Assembly: GCA_036676495.1 (NCBI GenBank)
Contig: JAKFCT010000073.1
Coordinates: 1 to 18,744 of the forward strand
Reading direction: 5' to 3'
Length of the DNA: 18,744 bases
Source of the DNA: Candidatus Sericytochromatia bacterium
GTDB taxonomy: Bacteria; Cyanobacteriota; Sericytochromatia; S15B-MN24; UBA4093
Part shown: piece after piece, positions 6,373 through 14,718 of the stretch
Numbering within the stretch: the stretch's first letter is position 1
How the letters are laid out: each line of letters starts with the position of its first letter
Made by a program: the position numbers and the translations under genes
The notes under the pieces: generated by a model
What the model saw: only the letters and a program-made list of their open reading frames with translations
Told to the model about the DNA's origin: nothing
Databases searched by the model: none

Positions 6373-7539
6373 TCAGGGAGCGAAGGTCACCCGGATGCAG
6401 CCGTCCTCCTTGTTGTTGAAGAGTTCGTAGCCCCGCGCCGCCTCCTCCAGGGAGAAGCGGTGCGTGACGAGAAACGACGGATCCAGCTCGCCGCGCTCCG
6501 CATGCTCCAGCAACCGCGGCACGTAGCGCTGGCCATGCTGCTGGGCGGCCCGTACCGTGAGCCCCTTGTTCATCAGGACGCCGATTGGGAATTTGTCCAT
6601 CAGGCCGTAAACGCCCAGGATCGCCAGCTTTCCGCCCTTGCCGCATGCCATGAGGGCCTGGCGGAGGGCATGGCCGCGATCGGTCACCAGGTGCATTTTT
6701 TGCTTCACCCGGTCGTAGGCGGCGTCGAGGGTGTTGCCGTGCGCCTCCATGCCGACCGCGTCGATGCAGGCGTCAGGGCCGCGCCCGCCGGTCATCTCCT
6801 TGAGGGCCTCGATCACGTCGACCTGGGTGTAGTCCAGGGTCTCGGATCCGACGTGATCGCGGGCCATGCGCAGGCGTTCGGGGAAGCGATCGATCCCGAT
6901 GACCCGCTCGGCTCCCATCAGGAAGGCGCTCTTCTGCGCCATCAGGCCGACGCCTCCGCAGCCCCAGACGGCGACGACGTCACCAGGCTTGATCTCACAG
7001 AAGTCCGCCCCCATGTACCCCGTCGGGGCCGCGTCCGACAGGAAGAGGGCCTGCTCATCGCTCACGCCGTCGGGGATGACGAAGCAATCGTTGTCCGCGA
7101 ACGGAACCCGGACGTACTCGGCATGCGACCCCGCATACCCCCCGAAGGCGTGGGTATAGCCGTAGATTCCAGCGGTCGGATAGCCCAGGAGGGGCTCTTG
7201 GAGGTCGGTGTGGGGGTTCGTGTTGTCGCAAAGCGAGTAGAGTTCGTCGCGGCAGTAGGCGCATTCGCCGCAGACGATGAAGGACGGGACCACCACGCGA
7301 TCGCCCGGCTTTATCCGGGTGACCTCGGGGCCGATCTCCACGACTTCCCCCATGAACTCGTGGCCGATCACGTCCCCTTGGCGCATCGTCGGCATGAGGC
7401 CGTTGATGAGGTGGAGGTCCGAGCCGCAGGTGGTGCTCAGCCTCACCCGGATGATGGCGTCGTGGGGATTGATGATCTCGGGGTCGGAAACGGTTCCGAC
7501 GCGCAGGTCGTTGACGCCGTGCCAGCAAAGTGCCCGCAT
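6373..7539 (-). CDS. Zinc-dependent alcohol dehydrogenase (formaldehyde-dehydrogenase-like, YbdR type)
   Basis: 388 aa from ATG 7539 (SD GGAGG); 'CGSDLH', 'GHEFMGEV', 'CGEC.YC.......C', 'GGYAG..AEYVRVP.AD', 'GCGGVG', 'GPDACIDAVGMEAH'. Confidence 0.93.
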   Translation of the reverse strand: MRALCWHGVNDLRVGTVSDPEIINPHDAIIRVRLSTTCGSDLHLINGLMPTMRQGDVIGHEFMGEVVEIGPEVTRIKPGDRVVVPSFIVCGECAYCRDELYSLCDNTNPHTDLQEPLLGYPTAGIYGYTHAFGGYAGSHAEYVRVPFADNDCFVIPDGVSDEQALFLSDAAPTGYMGADFCEIKPGDVVAVWGCGGVGLMAQKSAFLMGAERVIGIDRFPERLRMARDHVGSETLDYTQVDVIEALKEMTGGRGPDACIDAVGMEAHGNTLDAAYDRVKQKMHLVTDRGHALRQALMACGKGGKLAILGVYGLMDKFPIGVLMNKGLTVRAAQQHGQRYVPRLLEHAERGELDPSFLVTHRFSLEEAARGYELFNNKEDGCIRVTFAP

Positions 7540-7607
7540 CGCGTGATCCTCCCTCGATTGATCGTCAGGGCTTCCGGACCGCATCTCGGCCATGCGGCCC
7601 TCGGGCG

Positions 7608-8357
7608 CTAGTCGTCCCGTCCCGCCTCACGGCATGCCGGCGCATGGCGGTGGGTGGGAATCTCACCCGTTTCAGCGAGACTCTTGAACCGTCGAAGCGT
7701 CTTCTGCGCCATCGCCGCCGGGATGTCCTTCAGGCGGCTTGCCGCCATGGTGCCTAGCAGGCCTCCAGGAGGCATGAGGCGCAGGCGCAACTCGACCTCC
7801 GTGCCGCGTTCGCGCGCCAGGGGGCGAAAGCGGATCTCGACAGCATGCGGAAGCAGGGCTCCCGGCTGTGCGCTCCATGCGATGAACTCGCCGGGCCGGT
7901 CCTCGAGGACGCGCGTCCGCCAGTGCAGCCGCAGCCCCAGCGGACCAGTCACCACCCAGTCGGCCTCAGCATCCTCGTGCACGGTGACCTGGGCCATCGG
8001 CTGCAAGAGCTGCGGCAGGGTCGCGGGATCGCGCCAGAGCGCGTGAAGCTCGTCGGGCGAGCGCAAGATGGTCAGGGTCCGGGTCAGCTCGACGACCTCG
8101 GGCACGGCTTCCTCGGAGCTCACTCCCATGGCCCGCAGGACGGCCCCGCGCCCCAGGGCGCCTTGGCGGATCAACTCCGCACCGGAAAGTGCCACGAGGG
8201 AGCCCACCACGGAGCGGCGCCGCAGGCCCTCGGTGAGCATGATCCCGCCGATCAAGACGCAGGCCGTCCTTCCGATAGCTTGCGGGCTCGTCGCCGCGGC
8301 GGGAATCGCCATCCCCCCGGGAGCCTGCTTGGTCTCACGATTGAGAAGCGTCGTCAT
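7608..8357 (-). CDS. SRPBCC (cyclase/dehydrase-like) family protein with N-terminal hydrophobic segment
   Basis: 249 aa from ATG 8357 (SD GAGGAG); 'TI.RS.DEL...WRD...LP', 'W.V.GP.G....W', 'GTEV.L.L...PPGG..G', 'LRRFK.LAETGEIPT'. Confidence 0.88.
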   Translation of the reverse strand: MTTLLNRETKQAPGGMAIPAAATSPQAIGRTACVLIGGIMLTEGLRRRSVVGSLVALSGAELIRQGALGRGAVLRAMGVSSEEAVPEVVELTRTLTILRSPDELHALWRDPATLPQLLQPMAQVTVHEDAEADWVVTGPLGLRLHWRTRVLEDRPGEFIAWSAQPGALLPHAVEIRFRPLARERGTEVELRLRLMPPGGLLGTMAASRLKDIPAAMAQKTLRRFKSLAETGEIPTHRHAPACREAGRDD

Positions 8358-8477
8358 CCGCTCCCTCCTCTCGCCTCGCACCCGATTCGCTTCCTTATCT
8401 AAGCATTTCCTCCGCCGCCGGGGCTACGGAAGGATGCCTGTACTTCGGGCGATCGCGCAGGTCAGAGCTGGGTCAGG

Positions 8478-9827
8478 TTACTCCGCGATCGTCGAGACGA
8501 GGGGAGCTTCGGAGTCGGCGAGAGCGGTGCGGCGCTGGCGGGCCGTGGCGAAGTAGACGAGCGTTGCCAGGCCCAGGGTCGCGGCGGTCCAGAGCAAGGT
8601 CATCGGGTAGGCGATGAGGGTTCCGGTCACGCTCCAGATCACGCCGAGCAGGTTGAGGATCAGCGCGAGAAGCAATCCCTTCGAGATCGATCTTCCTTTG
8701 ACCTTCAGGATCGCGCTGGCGCTCAAGGCCCCGAAGAGGGCCAAGGTGACGCCCACGGCATTCAGCATGAGCTCGAAGGTGTTGGTGACCAGCAGGATCA
8801 GGGCCACCCCCACGAGCAGGCCGACAGGCCCCGCGCCACCCCAGCGGCCGGCACGCCAGCGCGCCCAGGAGGGGAGGTAGCGATCGCGAGCCATGGCGTC
8901 GGCAATCCAGGGGCCGGCCATGGCCATGGCGATGATGACCGAGACCAGGATCAAGAAGACCATGCCGGAAGCCAGGCGGCCGCCGAACTCTCCCAGGAGG
9001 CGCACGGCCACGAGGTGGCCGAGCGTGATGGATCCGCCCTCGGACTGGGTGGCTTGCTGCAACTCAGCGGGCGAAAGGCTGGTGACGAAGACGAAGTTCA
9101 AGAGCATGTACATGAGCGTGACGGCGCCCAGGCCCAGGAACATGGCCCGGGGAACGTTCTTGGCGGGGTCCCTCACCTGGGAGGCGAGGTAGACCGTGGC
9201 GCTCCAGCCCGCGAAGGCGAAGCCGACGTAGTTCTGCGCGGTGGCGAAGGGGACGCTCGCGATGTCTCTCAAGGTTTGGATCGTGGGCAGGGCGCGCAAG
9301 GGTTCGGTGATGCCCGAGAAAAGGGCTCCGGCGAGGAAGACCACGATGATGGCGAGCTTGAGCAGGACCCCGATGTTCTGGACGAGCTCCCCCCATTTGA
9401 GGCCGGCGGCCTGGACCACTCCGACGGCGAGCAGGACCATTAGGCCGGTGGGCATGGCGATCGCCTTGCCCGTGAGGACCTCGGCATAGGCACCGGCGGC
9501 CACGGCGGCCAGGGCCATGGGAGCGGCGAAGCCGAAGATCAGGGTGACCCAGCCCGCAAGGTAGCCGGCCAGGGGGTTGTAGAGATCGTGGAGGTAGCGG
9601 TATTCCCCGCCGCTCTCAGGGATGTGGGCGGCGACGGCGGAGTAGCAAACAGCTCCGCAGGCCGCCAGGAGGCCCCCCAGCAGCCAGCTCAGGAGAATGG
9701 CGGCGGGATCGAGGTCTTGAGCCAGGAAGCCGCTGGTGACGAAGACCCCGCTGCCGATCATCGAGGAGATGACCAGTCCGGTGGCGCTGAACAGTCCAAG
9801 CGGCTTGGTGAGACGAGCAGTGGACAT
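8478..9827 (-). CDS. APC-family amino acid permease
   Basis: 449 aa; 'LGLFSAT.LVISSMIGSGVF', 'PESGGEY.YL...Y.P..GYLAGW', 'FAFAGW', 'DP.KNVPRA', 'AMARD..LP'. Confidence 0.92.
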   Translation of the reverse strand: MSTARLTKPLGLFSATGLVISSMIGSGVFVTSGFLAQDLDPAAILLSWLLGGLLAACGAVCYSAVAAHIPESGGEYRYLHDLYNPLAGYLAGWVTLIFGFAAPMALAAVAAGAYAEVLTGKAIAMPTGLMVLLAVGVVQAAGLKWGELVQNIGVLLKLAIIVVFLAGALFSGITEPLRALPTIQTLRDIASVPFATAQNYVGFAFAGWSATVYLASQVRDPAKNVPRAMFLGLGAVTLMYMLLNFVFVTSLSPAELQQATQSEGGSITLGHLVAVRLLGEFGGRLASGMVFLILVSVIIAMAMAGPWIADAMARDRYLPSWARWRAGRWGGAGPVGLLVGVALILLVTNTFELMLNAVGVTLALFGALSASAILKVKGRSISKGLLLALILNLLGVIWSVTGTLIAYPMTLLWTAATLGLATLVYFATARQRRTALADSEAPLVSTIAE

Positions 9828-10116
9828 TCAGACCCCTTTCAAGACAGCGCGTCATCCACGGTTATCCCCATCCTAGTGCACAAACGCTTGCTTGCGCTAC
9901 TGTCTGGCGAATCGTTCTCGGTGCGCCTGGCGAAATAGCCGTCGTTTTTGCCTGGGAAGGGGTCCGGAAGAAAGGCGGGGGGAATCTTGCGTCGAGCTCG
10001 AGGGCCTCGAAACAATCACCGGGCGACCATGACGAAACAGCAAGCGTTGCGTCTTTCCCGCAGGGCGTGATAGCTCCTTGGGAGTGGATGCCGAGTCTCC
10101 GAAGAAGGGAGAGCTT

Positions 10117-10581
10117 ATGCGCCTGCTACCCCACGCGGTGATCGCCCTGCTTGCGAGCGGAACCATGATTCTTTGCGTCTCGAGCTGCGGAAAGCCCGCA
10201 TCCCCCCCGGCGGCTAGCCCGGACGACCCGGCGGCTCCCGGCTACACGCTCCAGCAAGCAGGTAGAGCGCTTCACTACATCATCGACTCGAAGGAGAAGG
10301 GTGGAAACACCCTGAAGGCGGATGTCTGGGTTTACCAGAGCGGGCGCGTCAGCGTGACGGCGGATATGACGTCGGCGGGAGGCAACCCGACGGCGCTGAT
10401 CAAGGTCAGGCTCTCCAACCTGGCAGGAGAGACGCTTTGGCAGACCGATATCACGTCCCGGTTCTGCGAGGGGGAGACCTGCGGCCCCGAGCCGCGGCGG
10501 GAGATTTGGAACTACGAAGTCGGTCCTAGCCTCGCGGCCAAGGCTTCCAACCTCTGGCTGACGCTGGACATCCTCGAATGA
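10117..10581 (+). CDS. Hypothetical lipoprotein
   Basis: 154 aa from ATG 10117 (SD AAGGGAG); hydrophobic signal with lipobox-like VSS-C, Pro/Ala linker, then a beta-rich domain with CEGETC. Confidence 0.7.
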   Translation: MRLLPHAVIALLASGTMILCVSSCGKPASPPAASPDDPAAPGYTLQQAGRALHYIIDSKEKGGNTLKADVWVYQSGRVSVTADMTSAGGNPTALIKVRLSNLAGETLWQTDITSRFCEGETCGPEPRREIWNYEVGPSLAAKASNLWLTLDILE

Positions 10582-10612
10582 GGGCCCGGAGGCGTTCGCG
10601 CGACCGGGGGAT

Positions 10613-11527
10613 TCAAGCCCGGAGGGAAGCCGGAGCGACGAACCCTCGCAGCAGGTCGTTGACCCGCTCCGGATACTCCCACATCGGAAAGTGCCCGCAG
10701 GGGTCGAGGGCCACGAGCTGCGCGCCCGGATGACGCTTGGCCGCTTCGTGAAAGAGGCCAAGCGGGAAGAGCGGGTCCTGGGCTCCCGCCACCATCAAGA
10801 CTGGGAAGGCCGCGTCCTTGAGACGCTCGAGGAAGTGCGCGCTCCCGCCCGGCGTGAAGTAGACCCGGTTGGATCGCATGGTGCTCAAGAACGCCTGTCG
10901 GTGGGATGAGTCGGCGACCACCTGGCAACCTTGGCGCAGGACCTCCTTGAGTCGCGTGCCTCCCACCTTTTGAAGGTCGTGGAAGAGCGTCTCGTAGTAG
11001 TGGCGAATGCCCCAGGGATGCTCGACGCCGAGCATCGGCGTCGCCCTCAGCATGGTCTCGCCGAGCACGGGCCTCAAGAAGGGCTGGAAGAGCTTCGGCA
11101 TCGGGATGTCCACCCAGGCAGGCGGCACGCCGATGATGACCAGGCCCGCCATGCGGTGCGGGTTCGCCAGGGCGTAGCTGCTGCCGATGAGCCCCCCCAT
11201 CGAATGGGCGACGACGGTGACCCGCTCGAGGGCGAGGGCGGCCATGAAGGCGTCCAGGAAGCGGTGATAGAACGCGAGGGAGTAGGTCGTGAGCGGCCGA
11301 TCGGAGTCGCCCCAGCCCGGGAAGTCGGGCGCGATCGTGCGCGCATGGGCGGCCATGGCGACCTGGCTATCCCACCAGAAGACGTTGCCGGCGGAGACCG
11401 CTCCGTGAAGCAACAGCATGGGAGGGCCGTCGCCCGCCTCGGTATAGGCGATCCGCACTCCGTCCACGAGCACCTCGCGCTGGTGCAGGCCTTGGTAGCG
11501 AGACGACTCGTTGCCCGATAAACGCAT
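10613..11527 (-). CDS. Alpha/beta-fold hydrolase
   Basis: 304 aa; 'G.GPP.LLLHG', 'IAPDFPGWG.SD', nucleophile elbow AHSMGG, 'G..D', 'CGHFP..E.P'. Confidence 0.92.
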   Translation of the reverse strand: MRLSGNESSRYQGLHQREVLVDGVRIAYTEAGDGPPMLLLHGAVSAGNVFWWDSQVAMAAHARTIAPDFPGWGDSDRPLTTYSLAFYHRFLDAFMAALALERVTVVAHSMGGLIGSSYALANPHRMAGLVIIGVPPAWVDIPMPKLFQPFLRPVLGETMLRATPMLGVEHPWGIRHYYETLFHDLQKVGGTRLKEVLRQGCQVVADSSHRQAFLSTMRSNRVYFTPGGSAHFLERLKDAAFPVLMVAGAQDPLFPLGLFHEAAKRHPGAQLVALDPCGHFPMWEYPERVNDLLRGFVAPASLRA

Positions 11528-11615
11528 GGTGCCCCCCTTTCAGGCTACGCAGTCCCTTTATACCTCCTCCGGCTCGCCGGGTGAGGGATTTCCCCCATTA
11601 AATCCGGCCAAGACG

Positions 11616-11786
11616 CTAGCCCGCCTCGATTTCCGTTGCGCGCTCTTCAAGGACGCTCAACTCCGAGGCAGCCGCTACCCCCCTTCTAGAGCTGGTCCCG
11701 ATGTCAACGAACCGGATCCCCTTCGATGCTCCCTGCAGAGCCAGGTTCCCGCCGATTTTGCCAAGCCCCACGATGCCCAGCTCCAT
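11616..11786 (-). pseudogene. gnd: Remnant of decarboxylating 6-phosphogluconate dehydrogenase (short Gnd/YqeC type)
   Basis: SD GGAGG then MELGIVGLGKIGGNLALQGASKG-IRFVDIGTS: the Rossmann GxGxxG start is joined directly to the 'KGIxFVDxGTS' motif; similarity ends near 11691, stop at 11616. Confidence 0.72.
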
Positions 11787-11926
11787 CCTGCGACCTCCGT
11801 TCACCCGACGCGAGTCCATCCTAGAGCCAGCGGGGTTGTGCCCCAAGCCTCAGCCTAGGCTTATCCCGTCGTTGGCGCTAGACGTGGCACGCTGCGATCC
11901 TAAGATGCCCCCGAAGGGAGGACGCG

Positions 11927-13000
11927 ATGCGAGCAGCGGTGGTGGAGCCCCCCAGGCCCAACAGCCTTCAAGTCCTGGATCTTCCCGACCCGGAGCGGCG
12001 GCCGGGCCATGTGCAGGTGCGCATGCTCGAAGTCGGCCTCGATGGGACCGACGCCGATATCGCCCGAGGGGAGTACGGCGCCCCCCCGGCCGGCCATCGC
12101 TTCCTGGTCCTCGGGCATGAGGGCCTGGGCAGGATCCAGACGAGCGGGGTGCCGGGCTTCGAGTCGGGGGACTTGGTCGTTCCCATGGTCCGGCGTCCTT
12201 GTGAGGAGCGGTGCCTGAATTGCCGTTCCGGACAACCGGACATGTGCCTGACGGGAGACTTCCTCGAGCGAGGGATCAAGGGGATCGACGGCTTCGCTTC
12301 CACCATGGTCGTCGAGGATCCCTCGTACCTGGTGCGGGTGCCGGAATCGCTCCGTTCGGTCGCGGTCCTGCTGGAGCCGCTCAGCGTCGCGGAAAAAGGG
12401 ATCCGGGAGGCCTTTCGGACCCAGGACCGCTTGATCTGGCACCCCAGAAAAGCGCTGGTGATCGGGGCGGGATCGTTGGGCCTCCTGGCCGCCTTCGTCC
12501 TGCGCCTCGAGGGACTGGAAACCTACGTGCTGGATCGCGTGCCACCGGATCACCCGAAAGCGCGCCGTGCCCGCGAGATCGGGTGCACCTACCTCGAGGG
12601 AGAGCGCGTGGATCTCCCTCACTCGGACGCGCACATGGGGCGGCTTGACCTCATCATCGAAGCGACGGGCGTGAGTTCGCTGCTCTTCCAGGCGATGTGC
12701 GGGCTGGGAACGAACGGCGTACTGGTGAGCCTCGGGCTCAGCACGACGGGTAGGCAGCTCACCATCCCGGCGGATGCCCTCAACAGCAGCATCGTGCTCA
12801 CGAACAAGGCCATCATCGGGAGCGTGAACTCCCAGGCCCGGGACTTCCAAAAAGGGATCGACCACATGCTCAGAGGAATGGAAGCGTTTCCGGGGTGGCT
12901 CGAGCGGCTGCTCAGCCGGCGGGTTCCTCTGGATCGAGCTCAGGAGGCACTTCAGAAGGATCCCAACGATATCAAGGTCTTGCTCGATATCGACGCCTAG
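11927..13000 (+). CDS. Zinc-dependent glucose 1-dehydrogenase (MDR family, archaeal-like type)
   Basis: 357 aa; 'EVGLDGTD', 'LVLGHEGLG', 'GDLVVPMVRRPC...C..C..G.PDMC.TG.F.ERGI.G.DGF', 'VLLEPLSV.EK', 'GAGSLG', 'VL.NK.I.GSVN'; SD GGGAGG. Confidence 0.88.
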   Translation: MRAAVVEPPRPNSLQVLDLPDPERRPGHVQVRMLEVGLDGTDADIARGEYGAPPAGHRFLVLGHEGLGRIQTSGVPGFESGDLVVPMVRRPCEERCLNCRSGQPDMCLTGDFLERGIKGIDGFASTMVVEDPSYLVRVPESLRSVAVLLEPLSVAEKGIREAFRTQDRLIWHPRKALVIGAGSLGLLAAFVLRLEGLETYVLDRVPPDHPKARRAREIGCTYLEGERVDLPHSDAHMGRLDLIIEATGVSSLLFQAMCGLGTNGVLVSLGLSTTGRQLTIPADALNSSIVLTNKAIIGSVNSQARDFQKGIDHMLRGMEAFPGWLERLLSRRVPLDRAQEALQKDPNDIKVLLDIDA

Positions 13001-13070
13001 CACGCCAACCCGGAGGCGTTCTTCAACCAGGCAAGCCAGACGCCAGCCAGACAGACGGACCGCGGCAGCA

Positions 13071-13319
13071 TCAACGAAGATTGGGGACTATGGCTTTCTC
13101 GCGCGCCGCTCTCATGAGGTCGCCTTGGCGCTTCCCGGTCAGGATGGAAGTACAAACGATGCAGAACTTCTCCGCGTTCCCGCCAGGGACCTCAAGCGTC
13201 ACCTCGAAGCGGCGCTTGATACCCTTCGTTTTGACCATGCCCTCGCGATCACACCGGGCACATTCGAATTTCTGCTTGGGATCGTGGTAGTCGAGTGCCT
13301 TGATCTCGAAATCCGCCAT
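13071..13319 (-). CDS. Small hypothetical protein with two CxxC motifs
   Basis: 82 aa from ATG 13319 (SD AGGAGG): MADFEIKALDYHDPKQKFE-CARC-...-CIVC-...; basic composition. Confidence 0.75.
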   Translation of the reverse strand: MADFEIKALDYHDPKQKFECARCDREGMVKTKGIKRRFEVTLEVPGGNAEKFCIVCTSILTGKRQGDLMRAAREKAIVPNLR

Positions 13320-13617
13320 GACGCATCCTCCTGAGGGTGGTGGCACCGGTGAGGCCCCAGTCTCTCTCACCCCTCGAATAGCGTCAATATCTTCCCCGTC
13401 GCTAGAGGCTGGGGTCAATCAGGCCGGCAAGGTGGCTGAATGGGTCCCTTCCATGTTGCCTAACTCAAGGTGAAACGATTAGATTGCGCTGCTGCAGGAG
13501 ATGCGTCCCCCAATACGGATCACCTGATGCGCGTGCTGCCAAGGCCTGGGAAGACCTTAGCCGTCGACCTGAAAGCGGGGCTCAAGCCGGCTAGCCTATT
13601 CGCCTAGGAGGTGGACC

Positions 13618-14169
13618 ATGATTCAGCGAGGTTTCAGTGGGGTCCTACTGGGGACAAGCCTAAGCTTGGTGATGACAGGGTGCGGCAATCAGCCTCCTGT
13701 CAGCACCTTGCCCCTTGAGCGCGACGCTTTCCAAAAGCCCCCCTTCGAGCAAGAGGCCAAACGGCCCTCGGCTTCCCGCGAAATCCTCCAAAGGACCGAT
13801 CAGCCCCCCGCAGGAATTCCTTCGAGCTTTCAGATCAACATTATTCAGGCGGCCTTCAACAACCCCCTCTTCCGGAAGGTTCTCTACACCACCGAGCGAT
13901 CGCAGATCGCTGTGATGAGCATTGAACCAGGCAAGGATCTCGGGTCCGAAGTCCGTGACAGCGATCAGGTGCTTGTTTTCGTCGCAGGCGAGGGCGAATT
14001 CCAGGTTCGTGACCATCGAGGCAGGGTTCAGTCAGGCGAAATGCTCGCCGTGCCCGCGTACGCCCAGCACAACGTCATCAATACCGGCACGGTTGCTCTG
14101 AAGTTCTACACCATCTACGCGCCTCCGGAACATGCACCCGGAACCGTTCAACGCACCAAGGCCGAATAG
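13618..14169 (+). CDS. Cupin-domain lipoprotein
   Basis: 183 aa; SD AGGAGG; lipobox-like MTG-C; C-terminal cupin 'N..FRKVLYT...SQ..VMSI.PG...G.EV...DQ...GEG...VP....HNVINTG...LK.YTIYAPPEH'. Confidence 0.85.
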   Translation: MIQRGFSGVLLGTSLSLVMTGCGNQPPVSTLPLERDAFQKPPFEQEAKRPSASREILQRTDQPPAGIPSSFQINIIQAAFNNPLFRKVLYTTERSQIAVMSIEPGKDLGSEVRDSDQVLVFVAGEGEFQVRDHRGRVQSGEMLAVPAYAQHNVINTGTVALKFYTIYAPPEHAPGTVQRTKAE

Positions 14170-14217
14170 GAATAGAAGAAGCCCGCCGGTTCAAACCCCG
14201 GCGGGCTTCGTCTATTC
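14170..14217. terminator. Long hairpin directly after the cupin stop
   Basis: GAATAGA-A-GAAGCCCGCCGG / CCGGCGGGCTTC-G-TCTATTC with an 8-nt loop. Confidence 0.75.
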
Positions 14218-14463
14218 AGAGGGGTGTGGTGTGTTTACGATTCATAGGATGCCACAGCTGGGCTTGGATGGCTGTATGGGGGCCCGCATCGGGGATGTGC
14301 GGTTGCATACGCCCGGTTGCTCGATGTAGCGAGTGAGCGTTGCCGGTAGGGCCAGCGGAGGCGAGCATGAGAAAGTGGCAGCGAGGCTGTTACTTTGGAG
14401 ACCTGACCAGCTCCCCGATGATTCCTCCAACAGATAAAAATGGCCTGCTATTGCTCAATAAGC

Positions 14464-14499
14464 AAAAGCCGAGGTGATGCAAATGCATCACCTCGGCTT
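14464..14499 (-). terminator. Intrinsic terminator of the tRNA gene
   Basis: AAGCCGAGGTGATGCA-AA-TGCATCACCTCGGCTT, ending in TTTT on the minus strand, 3 nt after the tRNA. Confidence 0.85.
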
Positions 14500-14502
14500 C
14501 AG

Positions 14503-14575
14503 TACCCGATACGGGATTCGAACCCGTGTTACCGCCGTGAGAGGGCGACGTCCTAGGCCTCTAGACGAATCGGGC
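14503..14575 (-). tRNA. tRNA-Glu (anticodon CTC), CCA end not encoded
   Basis: GCCCGATTCGTCTAGAGGCCTAGGACGTCGCCCTCTCACGGCGGTAACACGGGTTCGAATCCCGTATCGGGTA: acceptor GCCCGAT/ATCGGGT, anticodon loop CT-CTC-AC, T-loop TTCGAAT; followed by CTG rather than CCA. Confidence 0.97.
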
Positions 14576-14589
14576 TTGGAACAAGGTTC

Positions 14590-14619
14590 ATCCTATCACA
14601 ACCCCGGAAAGCGTGTCAA
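14590..14619 (-). promoter_or_regulatory. sigma70 promoter of tRNA-Glu
   Basis: TTGACA (14619-14614), 18-bp spacer, TG-A-TAGGAT (-10 at 14595-14590), AT-rich tract upstream. Confidence 0.75.
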
Positions 14620-14718
14620 AGGAAAATTAAACCCAATTTAAATGCCGCAAGACCAAGTGCCTGGGTAGGTATATAGAAGTTAGTTTCAAGTGTATCCCGT
14701 CCCGAAAGGAGCCGACCG

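Noticed and set aside
11190-11210. AHSMG instead of GxSxG as a sign of an inactive hydrolase
   Set aside because: AxSxG is a known active variant, and candidate Ser, Asp and His residues are all present.
9860-11870. GGGATAA motifs upstream of the APC and gnd-relic genes as SigB/SigF promoters
   Set aside because: The -35 GTTT is absent or mis-spaced; too short to separate from chance.
14500-14503. Missing encoded CCA as evidence of a tRNA pseudogene
   Set aside because: Many bacteria add CCA enzymatically; the cloverleaf, promoter and terminator are intact.
14628-14651. TAAA...GCCGCAAG as a sigma28 promoter for the LysM gene
   Set aside because: Spacing is 12 rather than about 15 bp and the -10 deviates from GCCGATAA.
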